A DNA stretch of 64,000 nucleotides, from contig CAXXKM010000003.1 in the NCBI GenBank assembly GCA_963664435.2, positions 1,216,001-1,280,000 of the forward strand, written 5' to 3'. Below, piece by piece: positions 48,734 through 57,829 of the stretch. How positions within the stretch are numbered: the first letter of the stretch is position 1; each line of letters opens with the position of its first letter. The notes under the pieces were generated by a model. That model searched no databases, had not been told where the DNA came from, and saw nothing but the letters and a program-made list of their open reading frames with translations. Made by a program: the position numbers and the translations under genes. Source of the DNA: Longimicrobiales bacterium (GTDB lineage Bacteria > Gemmatimonadota > Gemmatimonadetes > Longimicrobiales > Gaopeijiaceae).

Positions 48734-49708
48734 ATGATCGCGTTGTACTATGACACACGTGATTTGCGGGACCGGATCGAAGGGTTGCTGGCCGACGCGG
48801 AGCTGTATTCCACGCTGGACCGCGACGAGTTTCAATCGCTCATCGCCGTGACGGACGTCGGCATCGCCGGATTGCAGCGCTGTTCGAGTGCCGATGTCGC
48901 CTGGCTTCGAGGGGCGTTCGGCCAGGGGTTCGCCAGGCCTTCCTGCGTCGTGGTGACGCCGCTGTCGCTGGCTCGCCTCCAGCGGCTCCGCTCGGTCGAG
49001 TCGCACCGGTTTCAGGTCGTGTGGGAAGAGGAAGCGCACGATCATCTCAGGCCGACGCTGGGCCGGGTCAACCTCCTCCACCGGGATCCGCTGCGGCTTC
49101 TCGGCCGTCGCATGCTCTGGGCCGGTGCACTCCACTGGTCCATGGTGAAGGCGGTCGAGCGCATCTGCAGGGTCTCGGACGAGTGGCGATCCGGCCCCCC
49201 GGCGAAATCGGTCCGGGATCTCGCGGAGGACATCGAATTACCCCCCGAGACCTTCCGCCGTTACTGGAAGGAGTACATGCCGCTTCGGTGCGGTCCCAAG
49301 CAGCTCCTCAGCTGGGCGCTGCTCATATGGGCCCTTGGCGAGCGGCCGAAGACTCGATGGGACGCGATCGCCGGCCGGGCCCGTGTGCGCCGCCGCACCC
49401 TGGAGCGACACAGTGTGCGCCTGGTGGGGTGCACGCTCTCGACTGCGGCCCGCGAACCGGCCCTGGTTCGGCGCCGCTTCCGGCGGTGGGTCTCGGAGGT
49501 GTCGTACGTGAGCCCGCCTGTCGTCCCCCCGCTCCTGTCGTCCATGCCGCGTCCGCGCGACACCCGCATCCAGCGTCAACGGGACGACGTCGTCGGCTCG
49601 TCCGGTCTCTTTGCCGCCGGCCGGCGCTGGTCGGTGCTGCCGGGTTCACCGGGCCGCCGGAACATGCCGGCGGATTTCGTTGCCCAGGCCATGATGGCCG
49701 GGCAGTAG
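48734..49708 (+). CDS. Putative transcriptional regulator, paralog of 27770..28567
   Basis: Collinear similarity: CSSADVAWLR, CVVVTPLSLARLQRLR, FRRYW, PLRCGPKQLLSWA, RRTLER, RRFRRWV. Confidence 0.65.
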   Translation: MIALYYDTRDLRDRIEGLLADAELYSTLDRDEFQSLIAVTDVGIAGLQRCSSADVAWLRGAFGQGFARPSCVVVTPLSLARLQRLRSVESHRFQVVWEEEAHDHLRPTLGRVNLLHRDPLRLLGRRMLWAGALHWSMVKAVERICRVSDEWRSGPPAKSVRDLAEDIELPPETFRRYWKEYMPLRCGPKQLLSWALLIWALGERPKTRWDAIAGRARVRRRTLERHSVRLVGCTLSTAAREPALVRRRFRRWVSEVSYVSPPVVPPLLSSMPRPRDTRIQRQRDDVVGSSGLFAAGRRWSVLPGSPGRRNMPADFVAQAMMAGQ

Positions 49709-49739
49709 CTGTCGGACCCCCTCCAGAGAGGTGATGTCA

Positions 49740-50888
49740 ATGAAGATCGAGCGCACGGGTTGGACCCTTCTGGTGGCGGTCGGGGTGGCCCTGCTGCCCG
49801 CCTGCGCGGCCGAGGATTCGGGTAGCGGGATGGCAGCCGGATCGGCAGCGTCGGGGCCGGTGGTCAAGGGGGGCGATGATCGCACGGGCGAGTACGACGC
49901 CGTCCCGGGCTGGTGGAAGCCGGCCCCGGACCACGTGGAGCCCTGGGGCTGGGGCCAGGTATCCGGGGTGGCGGTGGACAACCCGGACCGCGTCATCGTC
50001 GGGATCTGGGGAGACCGGGACGCCCAGGGGAACGAGCGGGAAGGCAGCACCAACTACGTGGTCGCAGTCGACCGGGACGGCAACATCACCGAGAACTGGT
50101 CCCAGTGGGACTCGATCTTCAACAAGCCCCACCAGCTCTACATCAGCCCCTACGACCCCGAGCGCCACGTGTGGATCGTGGAGCGGGGCGGGGGCAAGAA
50201 CGTCAACATGCAGGTATTCAAGTTCACCAACGACGGCAGCGAGCTGGTGATGCGGCTGGTCGATCCGGATCATCCGACCACCCGCGCGGAGGCGCGCGCC
50301 AACCCGCACCCGGACCCGTTCGAGTACGGTGACCCGTCGGTGATGGCCTTCCTCCCCAACGGCGATTTCCTGCTCGGCGACGGCTACTGGCACTCGCGCA
50401 TCATCAAGTACAACGCCGAGGGCGAGTACCTGATGGAATGGGGCGAGCTGGGGAGCGGGCCGGGGCAGTTCGACCTGATTCACGGGCTCGCGGTGGACCG
50501 CAACCGCCGCGTCTACGTGGGCGACCGCACGAACAACCGCATCCAGATCTTCACCGAGGACGGCGAGTACATCGACGAGTGGCCCGACATCACCGACCCG
50601 GTGGGCGTGTTCGCGGACGAGAACGATGCCATCTGGGTCATCTCGGCCGCACTCAACCGGATCCTCAAGTACAACGTGGACGGCGAACTCCAGTACTACC
50701 TCGGCGCGTACGGGGGCACGCGGGGAGGGTTCTCGGGCGGCCTGTCGCGTCCGCACCAGATGGACGTGGATCAGGAGGGCAACCTCTACATCGCCAGCTG
50801 GGACGGTGGATGGATGGACAAGTACATCCCCAGGCCGGACGCTGACCCGAGCAAGCTGGTGGGGAGGAAGCTGGTTCTGGACGAATAA
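49740..50888 (+). CDS. NHL-repeat beta-propeller lipoprotein (peptidyl-alpha-hydroxyglycine lyase-like)
   Basis: LPAC lipobox, DGYWHSRIIKY, WGELGSGPGQFDLIHGLAVD, VYVGDRTNNRIQIF, PHQMDVD. Confidence 0.82.
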   Translation: MKIERTGWTLLVAVGVALLPACAAEDSGSGMAAGSAASGPVVKGGDDRTGEYDAVPGWWKPAPDHVEPWGWGQVSGVAVDNPDRVIVGIWGDRDAQGNEREGSTNYVVAVDRDGNITENWSQWDSIFNKPHQLYISPYDPERHVWIVERGGGKNVNMQVFKFTNDGSELVMRLVDPDHPTTRAEARANPHPDPFEYGDPSVMAFLPNGDFLLGDGYWHSRIIKYNAEGEYLMEWGELGSGPGQFDLIHGLAVDRNRRVYVGDRTNNRIQIFTEDGEYIDEWPDITDPVGVFADENDAIWVISAALNRILKYNVDGELQYYLGAYGGTRGGFSGGLSRPHQMDVDQEGNLYIASWDGGWMDKYIPRPDADPSKLVGRKLVLDE

Positions 50889-50911
50889 GGGGCGCTTGAC
50901 GGGCAACCCTT

Positions 50912-50947
50912 GGTCATGGATGTTGTATTTAACCAACATACATGACC
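50912..50947. promoter_or_regulatory. Inverted-repeat operator upstream of hipBA
   Basis: GGTCATGGATGTTG-8 nt-CAACATACATGACC (13/14 match). TTGACG at 50896-50901. Confidence 0.65.
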
Positions 50948-50968
50948 TTTGAGCAGGGTAAAATATAC

Positions 50969-51310
50969 ATGCCTGTCGGACGCAGGACTGCATCGTCCCC
51001 GCCAGCCGCAGTCGACGGGGCCCTGAGACGGCTGGGGCGCAACATCCGCATCGCTCGCTTGCGCCGGCAGCTGCGCATCCAGGACCTGGCCGAGCGCATG
51101 GGGGTTTCGCGGTTCACGGTCGCCGACCTGGAGAAGGGCAAACCGGGCACGTCGGCAAGCGCCTACTTCGGTGCGCTCTGGGCCCTCGGCCTGCTCGGCG
51201 ACGCGGAGGCCCTCGCCGATCCGGATCACGACGAGGAAGGCCGAGTCCTGGAGAGTGCCCGCGCCCCCCGGCGCGCCGCCCGTCCCGGACGCCTCGACAA
51301 TGACTTCTGA
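50969..51310 (+). CDS. XRE-family HTH antitoxin (HipB-like)
   Basis: LGRNIRIARLRRQL..DLAERMGVSRFTVADLEKG. Overlaps the hipA start. Confidence 0.85.
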   Translation: MPVGRRTASSPPAAVDGALRRLGRNIRIARLRRQLRIQDLAERMGVSRFTVADLEKGKPGTSASAYFGALWALGLLGDAEALADPDHDEEGRVLESARAPRRAARPGRLDNDF

Positions 51311-52562
51311 GCGCGCGTGCTACGTCTTCGTCGTTCTGCCGGGGAAGACGGCGTTCACCGTTGCAGGCAGGTTCCGCGTCTCGGAAACCCGCTCGGGATC
51401 TCTGCTGGGCGAATTCGTCTATGGCCGGAGCTATCTCGGTCGCCCTGATGCCGTCGAACTCGATCCCGTGGAGCTGCGGCTCGCCGAGCGCGTGTACCGG
51501 ACGGGGCGCATGGGAGGTTTCTTCGGCGTCATTCGGGACTCCATGCCGGACCACTGGGGACGCCTGCTCATCGAGAGGCGCACCGGCAGGACGATCCTGG
51601 AGGAATTCGACTACTTGATGGCGGGGCCGGACGACCGCGCGGGCGCGCTCGGGTTCGGCAGGCAGCTGGAGCCTCCCAGGCCCCGGCGGCGCTTCAACGC
51701 GGTGGTCGACCTGTCGCGGCTTCAGGCCGCCGCACACGCCCTCCTGGCCGACAAGTTCGAAGTGACCGGGGCCGTGGCCGACCGCGCCCGCGAGCTTCTT
51801 CTCGCAGGCACATCGATGGGCGGAGCGCGCCCCAAGGCCGTGGTCGAATCCGAGGGCGCGCTGTGGATGGCCAAGTTCGGCCAGGAAACGGAGCGCTGGA
51901 ACCTGCCCCGGGTCGAGCATGGCCTGCTCCGGCTCGCGCGGCGATGCGGGCTGGACGCGGTCGAGAGCCGGGTCGAACGTGTCGGCAATCGCGACGCGCT
52001 GCTCCTGCGCCGCTTCGACCGGAAGTGGGCCGGCGACGGCTATCTGCGCCATCGCATGGCGAGCGCCCTCACCCTGCTGCGTGCCGACGACTCGCCGACC
52101 GGCCGCGGGCGTTGGTCCTACCTCGCGCTCGCGGACGAAGTGAGGCGGGCCAGCGCGGCGCCCCGGGAGGACCTGCGCGAGCTGTTTGGCCGGATGTGCT
52201 TCAACGCCGCGGTCTCCAACCTGGACGATCACCCGCGCAACCACGCGATGCTGGCCCGGGACCGCAGCTGGCGCCTGAGCCCGGCCTACGATCTGGAGCC
52301 GATGCCGGTGGTGGCGGTCGAGCGGCGTGATCTGGCCATGGTCTGCGGGCCGCTGGGCCGCTGGGCCAACAGGTCCAACCTGCTCGGAGCTGCCGGGCGA
52401 TTTCTGCTGGGGCGCGATGAGGCCCGGGACATCTTCAATCGAGTCACGGAGACGATTCGGGGATCCTGGCGCGAAACCATGCGTCGGGCCGGGGTGAGCG
52501 AACGAGACCGCGAACGCATTCGGGACGCGTTTCTCTACGACGGCCTGTTTCTGGATGCGTGA
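51300..52562 (+). CDS. hipA: HipA-family kinase toxin
   Basis: DSMPDHWG, TSMGGARPK, AKF, RRFDR, NLDDHPRNH, LSPAYDL. Confidence 0.92.
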   Translation: MTSERACYVFVVLPGKTAFTVAGRFRVSETRSGSLLGEFVYGRSYLGRPDAVELDPVELRLAERVYRTGRMGGFFGVIRDSMPDHWGRLLIERRTGRTILEEFDYLMAGPDDRAGALGFGRQLEPPRPRRRFNAVVDLSRLQAAAHALLADKFEVTGAVADRARELLLAGTSMGGARPKAVVESEGALWMAKFGQETERWNLPRVEHGLLRLARRCGLDAVESRVERVGNRDALLLRRFDRKWAGDGYLRHRMASALTLLRADDSPTGRGRWSYLALADEVRRASAAPREDLRELFGRMCFNAAVSNLDDHPRNHAMLARDRSWRLSPAYDLEPMPVVAVERRDLAMVCGPLGRWANRSNLLGAAGRFLLGRDEARDIFNRVTETIRGSWRETMRRAGVSERDRERIRDAFLYDGLFLDA

Positions 52563-52667
52563 AGAGAGCGGGAATGCCGCGGGCGGCCGATACCCGGATT
52601 TGTTCGCGCTGAAGTGGATACCTATCATGTCCTCCCCGGGTTCGACCCATTTGCCGGAGTGCATGCC

Positions 52668-53729
52668 ATGACCCGCCGAGCATCAGTCGCAGTGCCCAGT
52701 TTCGTTGCCGTGTTGGTCGTCGGGCTCACCCTCGCGCCCGCGCAACAGCTCGACGCCCAGACTTCAGGCCCGGTCGCCCCTCCAGGCGTGGTGCTGGACG
52801 AGAACGGAGAGGAGATCGTCGCCACCTTCTCGATCGTCGCGCGCGATCCCGCCACGGATGAGCTGGGGATCGCGGTGCAGTCGCGGGCGTTCCGGGCGGG
52901 CGCGATCGTCTCGTACGCCAAGGCGGGGGTGGGGGCCATCGCCACCCAGGCGGCGGCCAACCAGACCTACGGGCCGCGCGGGCTGGAGCTCCTGGAGCTG
53001 GGGCTGTCGCCGGACGAGGTCGTGGAACACCTGACCGGGGCGGATCCGGGGCGCGACCGCCGGCAGTTGGCCGTGATCGACGCCGAGGGACGGGTGCGGG
53101 CGTACACGGGATCGAGCACCAGCGCCTGGGCCGGGCACATCGAGGGCGAGGACTTCTCGGCGCAGGGCAACATCCTCGCCGGGGAGGCAGTGGTGCAGGC
53201 CATGGCGGAGGCGTTCGAATCGTCGAGCGGCCCGCTCGCACTCCGCCTGATGGACGCCCTCGATGCCGGTGAGGCCGCCGGGGGTGACGCGCGCGGCAAG
53301 CAGGCCGGCGGGGTGCTGGTGGTGAAGCCCATCGGCGACTCGGGACGGACCACCGACCGCTGGGTGGACGTGCGCGTCGACGACCACGCCGAGCCGTTCA
53401 AGGAGCTGCGTCGCCTGGTGAACATGTCGGTATCGCGCATCCACTCGCGGGAGGCGCGCGAGCTGGCCACGGCAGGCCGGTTCGACGAAGCCATCGCGGC
53501 GCAGCAGGACGCGATCGCGATCGTCCCCGGGGAGGATCAGCTCATTTACGGGCTGGCGCGGCTCTACGCCCGTGCCGGCAACGCTGCCAACGCAGTCGCG
53601 ACGCTCGAGGAAGCCATCGGCATCGACGCGCGCTGGCGCGGGCTGGCCGCGTCCCAGGCCGACTTCGACAACATCCGCGACAACGCGGAGTTCCAGAGAC
53701 TCATCGGGGGCGACTCCGGAGGACAATGA
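52668..53729 (+). CDS. DUF1028-family (Ntn-hydrolase-like) secreted protein with C-terminal TPR
   Basis: TFSIVARDP..ELGIAVQS, GVGAIATQA, QGNILAG, AGGDARGKQ, DVRVDDH.EP. Confidence 0.88.
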   Translation: MTRRASVAVPSFVAVLVVGLTLAPAQQLDAQTSGPVAPPGVVLDENGEEIVATFSIVARDPATDELGIAVQSRAFRAGAIVSYAKAGVGAIATQAAANQTYGPRGLELLELGLSPDEVVEHLTGADPGRDRRQLAVIDAEGRVRAYTGSSTSAWAGHIEGEDFSAQGNILAGEAVVQAMAEAFESSSGPLALRLMDALDAGEAAGGDARGKQAGGVLVVKPIGDSGRTTDRWVDVRVDDHAEPFKELRRLVNMSVSRIHSREARELATAGRFDEAIAAQQDAIAIVPGEDQLIYGLARLYARAGNAANAVATLEEAIGIDARWRGLAASQADFDNIRDNAEFQRLIGGDSGGQ

Positions 53730-53760
53730 CCATGAGATTCCAGAGGACAATGACCATGAG
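53719..53760 (+). repeat. 24-bp tandem duplication spanning the RBS, upstream stop and downstream start
   Basis: GAGGACAATGACCATGAG at 53719-53736 and 53743-53760. Confidence 0.88.
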
Positions 53761-54322
53761 CGTTCGCGCATTCTCCCATTTCCGTGCATCCGCCGTGCTC
53801 CGCGCACCCTCCGTGCTCCGTACACCCTGCGCGCTCCGTGCATCCTCCGTGCTCCGCGCCTCCTTCACTTTCATCGTCCTCGCCATGCTCCCTGCCTGTG
53901 CGGGCGACGTGACGCTGGACGTAAGCGCCGACGGAGCCCTGCGGGAGCGGAGCTACGTGAACGCGCGCTCGGCGTCCGATCCCGACGTGCCGCCCTTCAG
54001 CGCCGGCGTGATGGTGGGCAACACCTTCCACGTATCGGGGACGCTGGGGCTGGGACCGAACCAGACGGTGCCCGAGACCGCCCAGGAAGAGGCCCGCAAC
54101 GTCCTCACCAACGTGCAGAACACGCTCGAAGCCGCCGGGCTCACCATGGACGACCTGGTGTCGGTGCAGGTGTACGCCTCGGATGTCGCCGACTACGACG
54201 CGTTCAACGAAGTGTACCGCACGTTCTTCACCCAGGAATATCCGGCGCGCGCGTTCCTGGGCTCGGGCCCGCTGCTCTTCGGGGCACGCTTCGAGGTGCT
54301 GGGGTTCGCGGTCGCGCGGTAG
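53726..54322 (+). CDS. RidA/YjgF-family protein with lipoprotein-like signal
   Basis: PFSAGV.VGN...VSG, NVQNTLEAAG..DLV, FNEVY..FF..YPAR, FEV. LPAC lipobox. Confidence 0.85.
   Translation: MTMRFQRTMTMSVRAFSHFRASAVLRAPSVLRTPCALRASSVLRASFTFIVLAMLPACAGDVTLDVSADGALRERSYVNARSASDPDVPPFSAGVMVGNTFHVSGTLGLGPNQTVPETAQEEARNVLTNVQNTLEAAGLTMDDLVSVQVYASDVADYDAFNEVYRTFFTQEYPARAFLGSGPLLFGARFEVLGFAVAR
53781..53863 (+). repeat. About 4.5 x 18-bp in-frame tandem repeat (RASAVL/RAPSVL/RTPCAL/RASSVL)
   Basis: Units start at 53781, 53799, 53817, 53835 and 53853. Confidence 0.85.
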
Positions 54323-54450
54323 CCGCGAGACAGTCCCGATAGGTCCGAAGCAGTCCCGGTCCGCCCACCGCGCGTCCGCCACACGATAGCCGACGACGCT
54401 GGACCGGGACCGGGGTGGCCGGATCCGCCGCCGATCACCGGGGGCCGCCC

Positions 54451-55464
54451 TCAGAACGTGCTCACCAACTCCCGCATTCGGCCCTTGGTCGCCTCGTCCG
54501 GCAGTCGCCCCAGCGCCGAGTGCATGTTCTCTACGAGATGCACCGGGTTCGACGTCTCGGTGAGCGCGCAGGTCACCGCCGGGTGCGACAGCACGTACTT
54601 GAGCGAGAACTGCGCCCAGCTCTCGCAGTCGAAGTCCGCCGCCCACTCCGGCAGCGTGTGGGGCGCGACCCGCCCGAAGTAGCTCCCGTTCATGAAGGGC
54701 CGGTTGGTGAGCACGGCCATCCCAAGATCCTGCGCCAGCGGCAGGATTCTCTCCTCTGCCAGCGGCTCCATCACTGAGTAGTTCACGTGCACGAAGTCAA
54801 ACGACTCGCTGCGCATGAAGGCCTCCAGCCGGTCGAAGTTGCGGTACGCGGAGACGGTCACGCCGATGTAGCGGGCCTCGCCGCTGTCCTTCCAGGCGCG
54901 CACGTTCGGCCAGTGCACGTCGAGGTCGCGAAGGCTCTCGACCTGCAGCAGATCGAGCGTGGGGCGTCCGAAGAGCCGCTGCGACTGGCGCATCTGGGCG
55001 ATGCCGGCCTCCTCGCCTTCGGTGTTGACCTTGGCGGCGAGGAAGAGGCTGTCCCGGAACCGGGGTTGCGTGAGGACCTGGCCGAACTCGCGGTCGATCT
55101 CCTCGGTGCGGGGCGAGGTGTCGACCACCCGGCCACCCTGTTCGAGGAGAGTGGCGAGGACCGCTTCCAGCGGCTCCGTGCCCTCGGTGGGGATCTCGAG
55201 AACCGGCTTCGAGGAGCCGAAGCCGACGATGGGCAGGCGCTCGCCGGTGCCCGGGATTTCGCGCGCGGGTAAGGCTTCCTGGATGGAGTGGGTGTTCGCG
55301 GGGGTCGAGGGCGCGCCGGGCGCGGGGTGTGTCCGGTGGGCCGCGGCCGCCTTGCCGGTGAGCTCCCCTCCCCCGTCAACCAGGCTACGCGGCAGGGTTA
55401 GCGCAGCACCCAGGCCGGCGACGCGGGTCAGGAATTCTCGGCGGTTGGTGTCGTTGGATTTCAT
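54451..55464 (-). CDS. Aldo/keto reductase with Tat signal
   Basis: NRREFL, IPGTGERLPIVGFGS, DLLQV, RYIGVT, VNYS, NRPF, WAQFSLK..LSHPAVT. The usual DT+xxY Tyr appears replaced (DTSPRT). Confidence 0.85.
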   Translation of the reverse strand: MKSNDTNRREFLTRVAGLGAALTLPRSLVDGGGELTGKAAAAHRTHPAPGAPSTPANTHSIQEALPAREIPGTGERLPIVGFGSSKPVLEIPTEGTEPLEAVLATLLEQGGRVVDTSPRTEEIDREFGQVLTQPRFRDSLFLAAKVNTEGEEAGIAQMRQSQRLFGRPTLDLLQVESLRDLDVHWPNVRAWKDSGEARYIGVTVSAYRNFDRLEAFMRSESFDFVHVNYSVMEPLAEERILPLAQDLGMAVLTNRPFMNGSYFGRVAPHTLPEWAADFDCESWAQFSLKYVLSHPAVTCALTETSNPVHLVENMHSALGRLPDEATKGRMRELVSTF

Positions 55465-55645
55465 CTCGCTTCCTCTCTCGGGTCCACCAGGTTCGGTTGC
55501 TGAGGGCAGGTCCACTGGAAGAATGCGCTCAAACATCACCGGCCGCCACCGGCCGACCCTCTCCGCGTCACCTCGTCCAGGGCTTCCCGCGCGGCGGCCT
55601 CGATGGCCCAGGGGAATTACGGCTAGCGCGGAAGGAGGCGGCCCA

Positions 55646-57286
55646 TCACAAGACGGCCGACAGCCGCAGATGGCCGCCGCCGAACGGCTCCCGCACGAAG
55701 TGGTCCAGGTCCCAGCGGAGCCCGGCCGTCACCTCGAAGCCCGACCGGAACCGGTGGCCCGCTTCCGTGATCAGTCGCTGATTCTGCGAGGTGAGCCAAG
55801 GCGCCAGGGAGCCCGCATCGCGGTCCAGAAGGGCGTAGGCCAGGCGGCCCGTCCATCCCGCCTCCGGGTACCGGACGAGGGCCGCCCGGGCGAAAACCTC
55901 ACGATCACGGTGCTCGCCGAGAGCGCCCCCTCCCGGCGAGCGCCATTCGGGTCGCTGCACCCGCGCCAACTCCGTCTCGAGCGCCCACGGCGGGTTCAGG
56001 CGGGTCCGTGCGCGGGCGCCCACGGTCACCGTCTGCTCGCGCAGAGTGAAGCCGAGCCCGCTCGCGGGCGCCCGCCGCTCGGTGTCCGCCCTCGCCCAGG
56101 TGCCGTACGCCGCTAACGTCACGCGCTCAAGCGGTGTGACCTGGAGGAGTGCTCCCAGGAACGCGACCTGTTCGAGCTGGGTGAACGGAGCCCGACCGGT
56201 TGCCGGAAAGGTCACCTGGACCTCGCTTCTTCGGCTCGATCCCGCGTGCAGCTCCGCTCGCCAGCGTGACGCCGCGGCCCTCAGGGTCGTGCGAGCGGCG
56301 AGGGGAGCCCCCGCATAGTCGTAGTGGGCGTCAACCTCGTCCGCCCTCACTCCCAGCCCCTGGAAGATCGCTTCGTTGAAGGCGTCGAGAGCTGCGAGGC
56401 GCACCTCCAGCGTCCAGTTCCGCTCTTCCCTGCCCCTCCAGGAGCGTGCCAGCGCGACCTCCACGTCTGCGGACGGCTTGAAGAAGTGGACGCCGAGCCC
56501 CACCTGCACGGTCCATGGCGTCCCGAGCACGTCGCGCCAGCGCATGCCGACCCTCGGGTAGTCGCGACGTGCCGTGAGCGATCGCTCTCGGCGGTAGCGT
56601 GCCATCAGGTCCACGGGGCCGGAGACGTGGATCTCCTGGCGCCAGTCCACGACGTTGAGGATGTGCGGATGGCTGATCGAGGCCCCAGCAATCCGAATGC
56701 CGCTGGGCAGCTCGGCCCAGCGTGCGTCTTCACTGGGATCGAAGAGGGTCGAGCGGACATCCAGCTCGTACTCGTGGTCCATTTTAGGGTTGAGCCGCTG
56801 GAAGGTGCCCTCCTCTGCCAGACGGCCGTAGTAGGCACCGTCACGGTCGAGCAAGGACAGCCACACCTGATCCGCCCACACCGCGAGAGTCGCGAGAGCC
56901 GCCGAGTCGGTCTCGCCCGTAGGGAAAGTCGCGGATCGCTCTGCGCCCGACTTGACGCGGAGCGACGGCACGGCGAGGAGGGAAACTCCGGCCAGTACGG
57001 CGGCCAGACCCACCGCCTCCCAACCACCCAATCCCGGAGGAGGGCCTGCGTCCCTGGCGTCGCCGCGGGGGCCCGTGCCGACTCCTCCAAGCTTCCGGAC
57101 GAATCCTCCCTCCGGGTTCACGACGACGATCCGCGCGCCCTGGGTGCCCACCACCTCCTCAAAGTCCGCGTCGAGGAGGCGGTCCTCCGCGGGCAGTTCG
57201 ACGACTTGCTGCGCGGCAAGCGGGGACGCGATCAGGGAAAAAGCCACCGTGAGAATCGTGCCTACGATGGCCGTCCGGCATCTCAT
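55646..57286 (-). CDS. Hypothetical secreted, probably outer-membrane beta-barrel protein with a chimeric N-terminus
   Basis: Amphipathic beta strands in the C-terminal 400 aa. Two signal-like hydrophobic segments (residues 1-25 and about 90-110). Confidence 0.55.
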   Translation of the reverse strand: MRCRTAIVGTILTVAFSLIASPLAAQQVVELPAEDRLLDADFEEVVGTQGARIVVVNPEGGFVRKLGGVGTGPRGDARDAGPPPGLGGWEAVGLAAVLAGVSLLAVPSLRVKSGAERSATFPTGETDSAALATLAVWADQVWLSLLDRDGAYYGRLAEEGTFQRLNPKMDHEYELDVRSTLFDPSEDARWAELPSGIRIAGASISHPHILNVVDWRQEIHVSGPVDLMARYRRERSLTARRDYPRVGMRWRDVLGTPWTVQVGLGVHFFKPSADVEVALARSWRGREERNWTLEVRLAALDAFNEAIFQGLGVRADEVDAHYDYAGAPLAARTTLRAAASRWRAELHAGSSRRSEVQVTFPATGRAPFTQLEQVAFLGALLQVTPLERVTLAAYGTWARADTERRAPASGLGFTLREQTVTVGARARTRLNPPWALETELARVQRPEWRSPGGGALGEHRDREVFARAALVRYPEAGWTGRLAYALLDRDAGSLAPWLTSQNQRLITEAGHRFRSGFEVTAGLRWDLDHFVREPFGGGHLRLSAVL

Positions 57287-57829
57287 GACACCTCATCTCC
57301 TTACCGAGGGAAATATCTTCTTTGCGAAGTCATCGACCCGGTTCGAGCTTCTCTGCGGGCAATGGTGAAATCTAGTCTTTCGCGACAGACGCGGAAAATG
57401 CGAATCCCGCGCTCGACGGAACGATGTGGTCAACGGGGAGGACGGCCCAGCGGCCGCAACTTCCGGGAGACACAGCCATCGCGGCAAACCCGTAGCCCGC
57501 GGTTTTGCGCGCATCGGGGCGTGCGTTTTCAGGGGGATCGAAGGGGGCGACAGCCACCCTCGCAAGCCCGTTTGTACCCACGAACCTGCAGCTGCGCGTG
57601 TGGATCATGGAGGCGCGGTCGCGGCGCCGGATCGCGGACGAGATCACCGAGAAGGCGATGGTGGCGTTCGGCTGGGCCGGGGACAGCGGGCTAACGAAGC
57701 CGAGATCTCGGACCCTGCTGGATCGCGAACTCCAAGTTCGTCAATGGCAGAATGGGACTCCGCCATGTGAATTCGGGACGGCCTCCGCCGCGCGGAACGC
57801 GGGGACAGCTCCGAAGCCCCCAGCCCCCC

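Noticed and set aside
57480..57780. Possible gene or mobile-element remnant (ORF 57505..57903; GGGGGATCGAAGGGGGCGACAGCCACCCT)
   Set aside because: No recognisable motif or ends. Cannot be supported without a homology search.
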